DNA from: Candidatus Omnitrophota bacterium
GTDB lineage: Bacteria > Omnitrophota > Gorgyraeia > Zapsychrales > Fredricksoniimonadaceae
DNA: 64,000 bases
Direction of reading: 5' to 3'
Assembly (NCBI GenBank): GCA_903908245.1
Contig: CAIVRE010000033.1
Coordinates: 18,172-82,171, forward strand
Shown here: positions 31,895-40,781 of the stretch, piece by piece
Layout: every line of letters begins with the position of its first letter
Position numbering within the stretch: position 1 is the stretch's first letter
Notes under the pieces: model-generated
The model's database searches: none
Seen by the model: only the letters and a program-made list of their open reading frames with translations
Told to the model about the DNA's origin: nothing
Made by a program: the position numbers and the translations under genes

Positions 31895-33916
31895 ATGAAA
31901 TTAAGTTTAAATTGGCTCAATCAGTATATTGATCACGGCCTCACGGCTGATGAACTTTCTTTCCGCCTTACTATGGCGGGGCTGGAGGTCGAGCATGTCG
32001 AGAAGGCGGGCAATGATACGGTCTTTGAGATCGAGGTCACGCCCAACCGGCCCGATTGTTTAAGCATGCTCGGGCTCGCGCGCGAAGTGTCGGCGATCGT
32101 GGACAAGGAACTGAAGGTTCCGGTTGTCGGTGTATATGCCGATTCCGCGTCCGTTGATATTTCGATCGAGAATGCGGCGGACTGTGCTCGTTATATTGGA
32201 ACGCGCATTGACGGGATATCGGTCAGGCCGTTCGCGGCGGATAAAAGCCTTTTTCTGCAGGCGTTCGGCAATAAGCCGATATCGAATATTGTCGACATCA
32301 CGAATTTTGTCCTTTTTGAATTCGGCCAGCCGTTGCATGCGTTCGATCACGACAAGCTTGAGGGCGAAAAGATCATTGTGCGCCGGGCAAGGAAGGGCGA
32401 GAAGATCATAACGCTGGACGATGTGGAGCGTACGCTTGATGAAAGCATCCTGGTCATTGCCGACGCCCGAAAGCCGGTGGCCATTGCGGGGATCATGGGC
32501 GGACGCGATACCGGGGTCACGGCCTCAACGAAGCGGGTCCTGCTGGAATCGGCATCCTTTGATCTTGGGATCATTCGCCGGGCGTCGCGCAAACTGGGGT
32601 TAACGAGCGATTCCTGTTATCGTTTTGAGCGTGGCATTGCCTGGAGAACGGCGGAAGCGGCTTCCAACCGTGCGACGGACCTTATCCTGGAGCTGGCGGG
32701 CGGAACTGTTGTCGGCCGCCGGGATGTGGTGGCCAAAGAGCCTGCATCCCAACGGACGCCAGTGGTCGTTTCTGTTAATGATATTCAGAAATTGCTCGGA
32801 GCGCCGCTGGACCTTGTGCGCGCGGAAAAAATATTAAAACGCCTCGGCTGTGTTGTGGCGGCGGCAGAAAAGGCCATTACTGTTATTCCTCCGTATTTCC
32901 GTAATGATATCCAGATCAAGGAAGATGTTATAGAAGAGGTGGCGCGTATTGTCGGATATGACAATCTACCGATGACCCTTCCCCAGGTTCCCGCGGTGAA
33001 TATTGTGGTTGACCAGGAAAAAGAGACGTTTCATTCGCGGTTGACCGATTGTTTTGTCGGCCTGGGGTATAATCAGGTTGTGACGTATGCGTTGGTGGGC
33101 AGTGCCGCGCTGGCCAAAACAAATTATCAGGGCCCGGTGATCAAATTGCAGAATGCAATGTCGGCCGAGCAGGAGTTGATGCGCCCGACCGCTTTGCCGA
33201 ACATGCTTGTTGTTGCGGCGGCGAACATGAATCGCGGGCAGCGGGACCTCAAGTTGTTCGAGATCGGGAAAAAATATTTACCCGGCGGGGAGCGCTGGAT
33301 ATTGTCTGTTCTTGTCAGTGGCCGCAGGGACCCGGATTGGCGTGCGCCCAAACGCCAGGCGCTGGATCTTTTTGATATCAAGGGCGCGGTGGAAGAGTCG
33401 TTTGGCCGGTTGCGTGTTAAAAATTGTGTTTTTACCCAGGCGCAAGATGCGGCGTTCGATCTTGGCCAGTCAGCGGCCGTGATGATCGATGGTAAAGCTG
33501 CCGGCAAGGCCGGCAAGGTTGCCGATGATATCCTGGGGAAATTCGATATCAAGAAGGCCGCGGTGTATTTTGCGGAGATCGATATTGAGATCGCCTGTGA
33601 TGCGGTTGTTCCCCGGCCGAAGTTTGCCGCTATTGATGAGTTCCCGGCCATGGTGCGTGATATATCGTTGGCGGTCAAGGAGGGTTCTTTTGATGCGATC
33701 AAAACGCTTTGCCTGGAGAACGGGCAGGGGGTGCTTAAAAGAATTGACTTTGTTGAACTGTATTGTGGTGATAAGCTTGAAGCAGGTCATAAGGGGTACG
33801 TTCTTTCGATGTTGTATCAGTCTTCCGAACGGACCCTGACCGATGATGAGGTCAATGGCCTGCATGAAATTATCGTTGCGAAGCTGATCGAGAAGTTGGG
33901 AGTGAAGCGGCGCTAG
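31895..33916 (+). CDS. pheT: Phenylalanine--tRNA ligase beta subunit (lacks B2 OB domain)
   Basis: MKLSLNWL...GLEVE joins directly to DTVFEIEVTPNRPDCLS; GQPLHAFD, RFERG, EEVARIVGYD, C-terminal FDX-ACB. Confidence 0.95.
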   Translation: MKLSLNWLNQYIDHGLTADELSFRLTMAGLEVEHVEKAGNDTVFEIEVTPNRPDCLSMLGLAREVSAIVDKELKVPVVGVYADSASVDISIENAADCARYIGTRIDGISVRPFAADKSLFLQAFGNKPISNIVDITNFVLFEFGQPLHAFDHDKLEGEKIIVRRARKGEKIITLDDVERTLDESILVIADARKPVAIAGIMGGRDTGVTASTKRVLLESASFDLGIIRRASRKLGLTSDSCYRFERGIAWRTAEAASNRATDLILELAGGTVVGRRDVVAKEPASQRTPVVVSVNDIQKLLGAPLDLVRAEKILKRLGCVVAAAEKAITVIPPYFRNDIQIKEDVIEEVARIVGYDNLPMTLPQVPAVNIVVDQEKETFHSRLTDCFVGLGYNQVVTYALVGSAALAKTNYQGPVIKLQNAMSAEQELMRPTALPNMLVVAAANMNRGQRDLKLFEIGKKYLPGGERWILSVLVSGRRDPDWRAPKRQALDLFDIKGAVEESFGRLRVKNCVFTQAQDAAFDLGQSAAVMIDGKAAGKAGKVADDILGKFDIKKAAVYFAEIDIEIACDAVVPRPKFAAIDEFPAMVRDISLAVKEGSFDAIKTLCLENGQGVLKRIDFVELYCGDKLEAGHKGYVLSMLYQSSERTLTDDEVNGLHEIIVAKLIEKLGVKRR

Positions 33917-33934
33917 GGTGCGGTTGATGGTTTT

Positions 33935-33959
33935 GTAGGGGCCGAGCTTGTCTCGGCCC
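33935..33959 (+). repeat. GTAG-type REP element (variant)
   Basis: GTAG-GGGCCGAG-cttgt-CTCGGCCC. Confidence 0.7.
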
Positions 33960-33973
33960 GGCGAATAGACGAT

Positions 33974-34120
33974 TTTTCTGCTGTGCTCGTCAGGGGGTTT
34001 GTAATATTGAACCAATACAATATTACAGGGGATCGTTGTCTATCTGGCTCGTGGGCCAATAGCTTTTCCCCACCTGTTAAGCAGGTTCGATACGCGGACT
34101 TCCAACGGCATAAGCGGAAT
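33974..34120 (+). ncRNA. ssrS: 6S RNA
   Basis: Rod fold: TTCTGCTGTGCTCGT/ACGGCATAAGCGGAA, GGGGGTTTGT/GCGGACTTCC, ATTGAACC/GGTTCGAT, central bubble (AATACAATATTACA / CACCTGTTAAGCA), GGGGA/TCCCC. Lies after pheT and near ygfA-rny; followed by a terminator. Confidence 0.8.
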
Positions 34121-34128
34121 TTGTTTAA

Positions 34129-34159
34129 ACCCGTGTAGTTAATTCTACACGGGCTTTTT
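34129..34159 (+). terminator. Intrinsic terminator after 6S RNA
   Basis: CCCGTGTAG-ttaatt-CTACACGGG-CTTTTT. Confidence 0.8.
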
Positions 34160-34180
34160 AATTGTTGCGGAGTTTTCGGG

Positions 34181-35482
34181 ATGGAACTTTTTGACAAGAA
34201 TGATACAAGCCACAGTCCGTTGTCGGCGCGCATGCGCCCCAGGACGCTGGAAGAATATTGCGGCCAGGAGCATATTCTTGGAGAGGGCAAGTTGCTTACG
34301 CGGTCTATTGAGGCGGACCGTCTTAATTCGCTGATCTTTTATGGGCCGCCGGGGTCCGGCAAGACCACGTTGGCGCTTTGCATCAGCGCGCGCACGAAAG
34401 CCGCGTTTGATAGCATTAATGCTGTTATGTCGAATGTGGAAGAAATGCGCCGCCTGATCGCGGGCGCTAAAAACCGCCTGGCGTCATCGGGCCAGCGCAC
34501 TATTCTTTTTATTGACGAGATCCATCGGTTCAATAAAGCCCAGCAAGACGTGTTGATGCCGGATGTGGAGAGCGGCACCATTATTCTGATCGGCGCCACG
34601 ACCATGAATCCGTTCTTTTCGCTGGTGTCCCCGTTGTTGTCCCGCTCCCTGGTTTTTGAACTCAAGCCTTTAACAAAACAAAATTTGCTGACATTGCTTG
34701 AGCGCGCGCTGCTGGACAAGGAGCGCGGGCTTGGTAATGTGCCGGTGAAAGCCGATCCCAAGGCATTGGCTTTTCTTGCGGAAATTTCAGATGGCGATGC
34801 GCGCCGCGCGCTCAATGCGCTGGATGTGGCCGCGCTTACCACACCGAAAGCGAAAGACGGGTTCGTTCATATTACGCCCGAGGTCGCGGAAGAGTCCATT
34901 CAGAAAAAGATCGTGCAATATGATGCGGATGGCGATGCGCATTATGATACGGCGTCGGCTTTTATCAAGTCCATGCGCGGGTCTGATCCTGATGCGGCGC
35001 TTTATTGGATGGCCAAGATGATCTATGCCGGGGAAGACCCCCGGTTCATTGCGCGGCGTATTATTATTTGTGCGTCCGAAGATGTGGGCAATGCCGACCC
35101 CAACGCGCTGGTTGTCGCGGCGGCGGCTTTGCAGTCCGCGGAGTTTGTGGGTTTGCCGGAAGCGCGGATCCCCCTGGCGCAAGCCGCGGTGTATGTGGCC
35201 TGCGCGCCGAAATCCAACGCGGCATATCTGGGGATCGATAAAGCCCTGGAAGATGTCCGCACCAAAAAGGCGGGCAATGTTCCCAAGCATTTGAAGGATG
35301 CCTCGTATAGCGGTGCTGCCAAATTGGGCAATGGCGAAGGGTATAAATATGCCCATGATTATCCCAATCATTATGTTCCCCAGCAGTACATGCCTTTTGA
35401 AGCTTCGTATTACCAGCCGACCGAACAGGGTTACGAGAAAAAGATCAAAGAGCGTATGGAGCAGTTGAAAAAGCGAGTGTAA
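34181..35482 (+). CDS. rarA: Replication-associated recombination protein A (RarA/MgsA)
   Basis: PLSARMRP, GPPGSGKTT, DEIHRFNKAQQD, SAFIKSMRGSDPDAA, ASEDVGNADP, YKYAHD. Confidence 0.96.
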   Translation: MELFDKNDTSHSPLSARMRPRTLEEYCGQEHILGEGKLLTRSIEADRLNSLIFYGPPGSGKTTLALCISARTKAAFDSINAVMSNVEEMRRLIAGAKNRLASSGQRTILFIDEIHRFNKAQQDVLMPDVESGTIILIGATTMNPFFSLVSPLLSRSLVFELKPLTKQNLLTLLERALLDKERGLGNVPVKADPKALAFLAEISDGDARRALNALDVAALTTPKAKDGFVHITPEVAEESIQKKIVQYDADGDAHYDTASAFIKSMRGSDPDAALYWMAKMIYAGEDPRFIARRIIICASEDVGNADPNALVVAAAALQSAEFVGLPEARIPLAQAAVYVACAPKSNAAYLGIDKALEDVRTKKAGNVPKHLKDASYSGAAKLGNGEGYKYAHDYPNHYVPQQYMPFEASYYQPTEQGYEKKIKERMEQLKKRV

Positions 35483-35602
35483 GTACGCATAAGCGAGCGG
35501 GTGACACCGAAGGCGGGTACCCTATTTTCTAAAATGGATTAGGGTCCCATTTTAAAAATAGGGTGCCGCAGGTGGCATGACCCGCGAGCGAATAGCGTAC
35601 TT
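35481..35602. repeat. Long imperfect hairpin element (~120 nt)
   Basis: AAGTACGC/GCGTACTT ends, GCGGGT/ACCCGC, ACCCTATTTTCTAAAATGG/CCATTTTAAAAATAGGGT core. Confidence 0.75.
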
Positions 35603-35721
35603 GAAGATCGGGCAACAAGGGACATTTCTATTTTTTCGGGACAGTTGCTGAATTTTCATTTGAGCAAATAAAGTAATAGTGCTATTATCTTTATGCTTTT
35701 AATGAGGTAAAATACACAGAA

Positions 35722-36285
35722 ATGGCCGTTCAAACAATTAAACAAGCGATCCGTCAGAAGATCCTTGATCTTATACATCATCAAACGGAGGAAGACGCCT
35801 GTCGTAAAAGTCAGGCAATTTTCACTAAGCTATTGGAATTAAAGGTTTTTCAAAAAGCTAACACCATTTTGTTCTATTGTTCGTTCAACGGGGAAGTCAA
35901 TACATTCCCCATGATGGAAAAGGCGATAGGGCTTAAGAAGCGAGTGGCAGTTCCGTTCATCAAAAAAGAAACCAAGCAGATCATTGTAATGCTTATTGAG
36001 TCGATTGAAGAATTAGTTCCAGGGTCTTACGGTATACCGGAGCCGCGCTATGATGCCGCGCGAGTGCTTCGTTCCGCAGACCTTGACCTGGCGCTGGTCC
36101 CCGGAGTGGCTTTTGATAAAGCCAACAACCGGCTTGGCCGCGGCGCGGGGTATTACGACCGGTTTCTTTCCGAACTGCCTTCCACTATCCCGACTGTCGG
36201 TCTGGTTTATGATTTTCAGCTGGTATCCGATATTCCGGGTCTTGAGCCGCATGATCGCCCCGTAACACAAGTTTTAACCAATTAA
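35722..36285 (+). CDS. ygfA: 5-formyltetrahydrofolate cyclo-ligase
   Basis: GEVNT, YGIPEP, DLALVPGVAFD, RLGRGAGYYDRFL, EPHD. Confidence 0.93.
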   Translation: MAVQTIKQAIRQKILDLIHHQTEEDACRKSQAIFTKLLELKVFQKANTILFYCSFNGEVNTFPMMEKAIGLKKRVAVPFIKKETKQIIVMLIESIEELVPGSYGIPEPRYDAARVLRSADLDLALVPGVAFDKANNRLGRGAGYYDRFLSELPSTIPTVGLVYDFQLVSDIPGLEPHDRPVTQVLTN

Positions 36286-36318
36286 TCGTTAATCGCGCTG
36301 TTTACAAGGGGGATTTAA

Positions 36319-37881
36319 ATGTCAGCATTAGCCGTTTTTCTTATTTTTATCGCGGCCGGAGGATCGTTCGCGCTGGGGTATGTTGTTAATCGGGCTGTCA
36401 AGGGCAAGAAGAGCAAGGATATCGAAAAGGAAGCCGAAGCCATCCGTGAAATGGCGCGCCGTGAGGCCGAGACCATCAAGAAAGAGGCGGAGCTGCAGGC
36501 CAAGGACACTTTGCTCAAGCTGCGGCAGGATTTTGAACAGGATAACAAGACCCGCCGTGAAGAGCTGGCGGTATCCGAGAAGCGCATTTTGGTCAAGGAA
36601 GAGAATGTCGAGAAGCGCCTGAATCTTTTGGACAATAAAGAGAAGGATATTACCTCGCGCCAGGATGTGGTGAGGGCCAAGGAAGCGGAAGTGGCGGGTA
36701 AAGGCGAAGAGCTTGGCAAGATGATCGCGCAGGAAAAAGAAGTGCTTTATAAAGTGTCGAATTTGACCCGCGATGAGGCCAAGCACATGCTGCTGACCCG
36801 TGTTGAGACCGAGCTTGTCCATGAGAAAGCGACACGTATCCGCCAGATGGAAGAAGAGATCAAGGAATCGGCCGACAAGAAGAGCCGCGAGGTCCTTTCG
36901 ATCGCGATCCAGCGTTGTGCCTCCGATCACGCGGCCGAGACCACCATCAGCGTGGTGCATCTGCCGTCCGATGAAATGAAGGGGCGTATCATTGGGCGTG
37001 AAGGGCGCAATATTCGCGCGCTGGAACAGGCAACGGGCGTGGATATCATTATTGACGATACTCCGGAAGCCGTGACCATTTCCGGGTTTGATATGGTGCG
37101 CCGCGAGATCGCGCGCATGGCGCTCGAAAGCCTTATTTCAGACGGGCGTATCCATCCCGGGCGTATTGAGGAAGTGGTGGAGAAGGCCAAGAAAGACCTG
37201 GACATCAAGATCAAGGAAGCCGGCGAGACCGCGTGTTTTGAGCTGGGGATCCACAATATGCATCCCGAGCTTGTCAAGCTGGTGGGCCGTTTGAAATACC
37301 GCACTAGTTTCGGGCAGAACGCGCTTACCCACACGAAAGAAGTGGCGCGCGTGATGGGCATTATCGCGCATCAGCTTGGGTTGGACCCTGCGATCGCCAA
37401 GCGCGGCGGATTGCTGCACGATATCGGCAAGGTTGTTTCGGACGATATTGAAGAAGGCACGCATGCTGTGGTGGGGGGGCGTCTGGCGCGGAAATACGGG
37501 GAATCTGAAGTGGTGGCCAATGCGGTTGAGTCGCATCATAATGAGGTGCAGAACAATTCGATCTATGGCGTGCTGGTGTGTATTGCGGATACGGTGAGCG
37601 CTTCCCGTCCGGGTGCGCGCGCGGAATCGCTGGAAACATATATCAAGCGCCTGGAGGGCCTGGAGAAGATCGCAAATTCTTTCAAAGGGATCGACAAGGC
37701 GTATGCGCTGCAGGCCGGGCGTGAGATCCGGGTCATGGTCGATCCGTCCAAACTCAACGATGATGAGGCCGTGGTCCTTTCGCGCGATATCCGCAACAAG
37801 ATCGAGGCGGAAATGGAATATCCCGGCCAGATCAAGGTTCTGGTCGTCCGTGAAACCAGGGCCATTGAGTACGCAAAATAA
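36319..37881 (+). CDS. rny: Ribonuclease Y
   Basis: N-terminal TM and coiled coil, KH (MKGRIIGREGRNIR), HD (LLHDIGK), SASRPGAR, QAGREIRV. Confidence 0.97.
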   Translation: MSALAVFLIFIAAGGSFALGYVVNRAVKGKKSKDIEKEAEAIREMARREAETIKKEAELQAKDTLLKLRQDFEQDNKTRREELAVSEKRILVKEENVEKRLNLLDNKEKDITSRQDVVRAKEAEVAGKGEELGKMIAQEKEVLYKVSNLTRDEAKHMLLTRVETELVHEKATRIRQMEEEIKESADKKSREVLSIAIQRCASDHAAETTISVVHLPSDEMKGRIIGREGRNIRALEQATGVDIIIDDTPEAVTISGFDMVRREIARMALESLISDGRIHPGRIEEVVEKAKKDLDIKIKEAGETACFELGIHNMHPELVKLVGRLKYRTSFGQNALTHTKEVARVMGIIAHQLGLDPAIAKRGGLLHDIGKVVSDDIEEGTHAVVGGRLARKYGESEVVANAVESHHNEVQNNSIYGVLVCIADTVSASRPGARAESLETYIKRLEGLEKIANSFKGIDKAYALQAGREIRVMVDPSKLNDDEAVVLSRDIRNKIEAEMEYPGQIKVLVVRETRAIEYAK

Positions 37882-38663
37882 TGAAGATCCTGTTCGTGGG
37901 TGATATTGTTGGCGAACCCGGGCGAGTGGTCTTTGGCAAGGCCGCGGCATTGATGAAGGCCCGGGGGGAAGTGGATATGATCATTGCCAACGCCGAGAAT
38001 GTGGCCGGGGGCAGCGGGATCACGGACAAGATCGCGCGCGAGATCTTTGCCGCGGGCTGTGATGTCATTACGCTGGGCGATCATGTTTGGGACAAGCGCG
38101 ATGTTTTTCCGTATCTTAACAGTGAAGCGCGGGTGATCCGCCCGGCGAATTTTCCGGCGGAAGCGCCCGGGCATGGTTCGTGTGTTATTACAACGCCTTC
38201 AGGGGTCAGAGTGGGCGTGATCGTTCTTTTGGGGCGCACGTTCATGAAATATTTGACCGACTGCCCTTTTCATGCGCTGGACCGCGAGGTGCAGAAAATG
38301 AAAGCCGACGGGGTCAAGACGGTCCTGGTGGACATGCATGCCGAGGCGACCAGCGAGAAGGTGGCGATGGGGGTTTATGCGGATGGCCGTGTGAGCGCGG
38401 TCCTGGGGACGCATACGCATATCCAGACGGCGGATGAACAGATCCTTTCCGGCGGCACCGCGTATATTACCGATACCGGAATGACGGGCCCGTATGATTC
38501 CGTGATCGGCACGCAAAAGGAATTGATCGTTGCGCGTTATCTGACAGGATTGCCGAATAAATTCGAGGTTGCCAAAGGCCCCGGTACATTGTGCGGGGTC
38601 ATTGTTGATATTGATGACGCCACCGGGAGGGCGTGCGCCATTACGCGTGTTCAAAAGAACTGA
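37881..38663 (+). CDS. ymdB: YmdB/TIGR00282 metallophosphoesterase
   Basis: LFVGDIVGEPG, NAENVAGG, DMHAEATSEK, GTHTHIQT, GMTGPYDSVIG. Confidence 0.94.
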   Translation: MKILFVGDIVGEPGRVVFGKAAALMKARGEVDMIIANAENVAGGSGITDKIAREIFAAGCDVITLGDHVWDKRDVFPYLNSEARVIRPANFPAEAPGHGSCVITTPSGVRVGVIVLLGRTFMKYLTDCPFHALDREVQKMKADGVKTVLVDMHAEATSEKVAMGVYADGRVSAVLGTHTHIQTADEQILSGGTAYITDTGMTGPYDSVIGTQKELIVARYLTGLPNKFEVAKGPGTLCGVIVDIDDATGRACAITRVQKN

Positions 38664-38673
38664 GGGAGGTCTT

Positions 38674-39057
38674 ATGTCCTGGGAAGGTTTGAATCGTAGG
38701 CGGTTCCCGAGAGCGAAGTTCCCGTGCCTTGTCAAGATCATGATCAATGGCTCGGCGGTGGATGCGATCCTGGCGCATACGGAAAACATCAGTACCGGCG
38801 GTGTTTGTGTGATCCTCAAGAAGGGCCTGGAGCGTTTTTCTGCCGTGGATATTGAGATCGACCTGCTGGATGCCGAGGACCATATTGCCTGCCGCGGGAA
38901 AGTGGTCTGGAGCGTGCGCCGCAAGGCCACGGATCCTTTGAAGCCTTCTTGTTATGATACCGGGATCGAGTATGTGGATATTAAGAACGAGGTCCGTCAG
39001 CGGATCGAGCGTGTCGTGGAGTATATTGTGAAAAACGAAAACAAGGCAAAATTATGA
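38674..39057 (+). CDS. Single-domain PilZ protein
   Basis: RRRFPR and NISTGG c-di-GMP motifs, GKVVW, GIEY; GGAGG RBS before ATG 38674. Confidence 0.88.
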   Translation: MSWEGLNRRRFPRAKFPCLVKIMINGSAVDAILAHTENISTGGVCVILKKGLERFSAVDIEIDLLDAEDHIACRGKVVWSVRRKATDPLKPSCYDTGIEYVDIKNEVRQRIERVVEYIVKNENKAKL

Positions 39058-40358
39058 GTACGCCAGAGGCTCCGGTTTCGGCTGTCAAGGTAAGGTTTGC
39101 GCCAAGTCCGACGGGATTCCTACATATTGGCGGCGCCCGCACGGCTCTTTTTAACTGGATGTATGCCCGTGCGCAGGGCGGAAAATTCGTGTTGCGCGTG
39201 GAGGATACGGACCTGGAGCGTTCCAGGCCCGAGTTTGAAAAAGAGATCATGGACAGCATGGCGTGGCTTGGCCTGACGTGGGACGAGCTTTACAAGCAGA
39301 GCGACCGGTTTGGTTTGTACCGTGATCATGCCGAAAAACTGGTTGCCGGTGGCAAGGCGTTCAGGGACGGTACCGCCGTGATCCTTAAGGTTGACAAGGC
39401 CCGGGATATTAAATTTGATGACCTGATCCGCGGTTTGATCGTTTTTAACACCGACGAGATCAAGGACCAGGTGCTGATGAAGTCGGACGGTTCGCCGGCG
39501 TACAGCTTCAGTTGTGTGGTGGACGATGCGCTCATGGGCATCACGCATGTTATTCGCGGCGAGGATCATATTTCCAACACGCCCAAGCAGATATTGATGT
39601 ACGAAGCCATGGGATTTAAAGTACCGAAGTTCGGTCATTTGCCTCTTATTATGGGAACGGACGGCGCCCGGTTGTCCAAGCGTTTCGGGGCGGTGGCGGT
39701 GAGCGATTACCGCAAGGAAGGGTTTATTCCCGAGGGTTTGGTGAATTATTTGATGCTTCTGGGCTGGTCGCCGGGCGGGGACCAGGAGATCATTGCCATG
39801 AAGAATGCGGTGGCAAAGTTCTCTATCAAGAAGATCAACAAGACTGCCGCGCAGTTCAATATGGAGAAGCTCAAGTGGGTGAATGCGCAGTATATCAAGG
39901 CTCTGACGGCCAAACAGCTTGCGGTGCTTGCGGTGCCGGTACTCAAAGAGGAAGGCTTGCTGGCCGACGGGTTTGATCCGGCGTGGCTGGAGCGTGTGCT
40001 GGAGCTTTACAAGAGCCGGATGTCGACGCTGCGGGAGCTTGTTGAACGGGCGGGTTTTCTGTTCACGGATGATTTTAAGGTTTCGGATGAGGTGCGCGCC
40101 GCGCAGTTGACCAGGGTGATGCCGAAGGAGTTTGCGCTCCTGGCGGATCATTTGGAGAAAGCCGAGCCGTTTGATGTTGTGACGACCGAGAAGATATTCA
40201 GGGGTGTGGTCGCCGGGCTCGGGATCCCGATGGGGGAGATGGTCCATCCGGTGCGTGTGGCTTTGACCGGGGATCATGTTGGCCCGGGGCTTTTTGATAC
40301 GATGAGCGTATTGGGCAAGGCCCGGACGCTGGCGCGCCTGCGGGCGGCATTCGTTTAG
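39054..40358 (+). CDS. gltX: Glutamate--tRNA ligase (short form)
   Basis: RFAPSPTGFLHIGG, LRVEDTD, ITHVIRGEDH, RLSKR, PVRVALTG. Confidence 0.95.
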   Translation: MSTPEAPVSAVKVRFAPSPTGFLHIGGARTALFNWMYARAQGGKFVLRVEDTDLERSRPEFEKEIMDSMAWLGLTWDELYKQSDRFGLYRDHAEKLVAGGKAFRDGTAVILKVDKARDIKFDDLIRGLIVFNTDEIKDQVLMKSDGSPAYSFSCVVDDALMGITHVIRGEDHISNTPKQILMYEAMGFKVPKFGHLPLIMGTDGARLSKRFGAVAVSDYRKEGFIPEGLVNYLMLLGWSPGGDQEIIAMKNAVAKFSIKKINKTAAQFNMEKLKWVNAQYIKALTAKQLAVLAVPVLKEEGLLADGFDPAWLERVLELYKSRMSTLRELVERAGFLFTDDFKVSDEVRAAQLTRVMPKEFALLADHLEKAEPFDVVTTEKIFRGVVAGLGIPMGEMVHPVRVALTGDHVGPGLFDTMSVLGKARTLARLRAAFV

Positions 40359-40413
40359 TTCTTGCAAAAACTGGCTTGTTTGTGTATAAATAGTGCCTTC
40401 CAAGTTGATATAT

Positions 40414-40484
40414 TGCCCTGTGGTGTAACGGTAGCACAATAGACTCTGGATCTGTTTGTCTAGGTTCGAATCCTAGCGGGGCAG
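40414..40484 (+). tRNA. tRNA-Gln (CTG)
   Basis: TGCCCTG/CGGGGCA acceptor, ATAGA-CT CTG GA-TCTGT, CTAGG-TTCGAAT-CCTAG. Confidence 0.95.
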
Positions 40485-40495
40485 GTAATTTGATG

Positions 40496-40524
40496 AAAAG
40501 CCCGACCTTATGGTCGGGCTTTTT
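40496..40524 (+). terminator. Intrinsic terminator after tRNA-Gln
   Basis: AAAAGCCCGACC-ttat-GGTCGGGCTTTTT. Confidence 0.85.
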
Positions 40525-40530
40525 CTTTGG

Positions 40531-40660
40531 TACCTGCCCCGCTAGGATTCGAAGGAGCCCCGCCGGGTCCGACGAATAGGAGGACCCTATAGGCGGGGCG
40601 GATGGCCGACCCGAAAGGAGCCCCGAAGGGCGACTGGAGGGCGCCGAACGCCTAGCGGGG
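40531..40660. mobile_element. tRNA-Gln-linked small structured element (non-autonomous)
   Basis: 40531-40553 is a perfect 23-nt inverted copy of 40465-40487. Right end CGAACGCCTAGCGGGG resembles tRNA CGAATCCTAGCGGGG. Core shared with 23477-23562. Confidence 0.8.
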
Positions 40661-40781
40661 GATGTTTTTTTTGTGGTAGATGGCTATTGTAGAAAATCAT
40701 GGTAGAATATACTAGTATTTCGACATTCTCTATAAAAATGATACGTAGGTTTTTGAAACGTGTTTGGGGCAGGGAGGCTGT

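Noticed and set aside
39120-40439. 439-aa minus-strand ORF and similar long antisense ORFs (e.g. 2635-3528, 6528-7346, 11921-12745, 28643-29470)
   Set aside because: They overlap well-supported genes on the opposite strand, which is typical of GC-rich codon bias.
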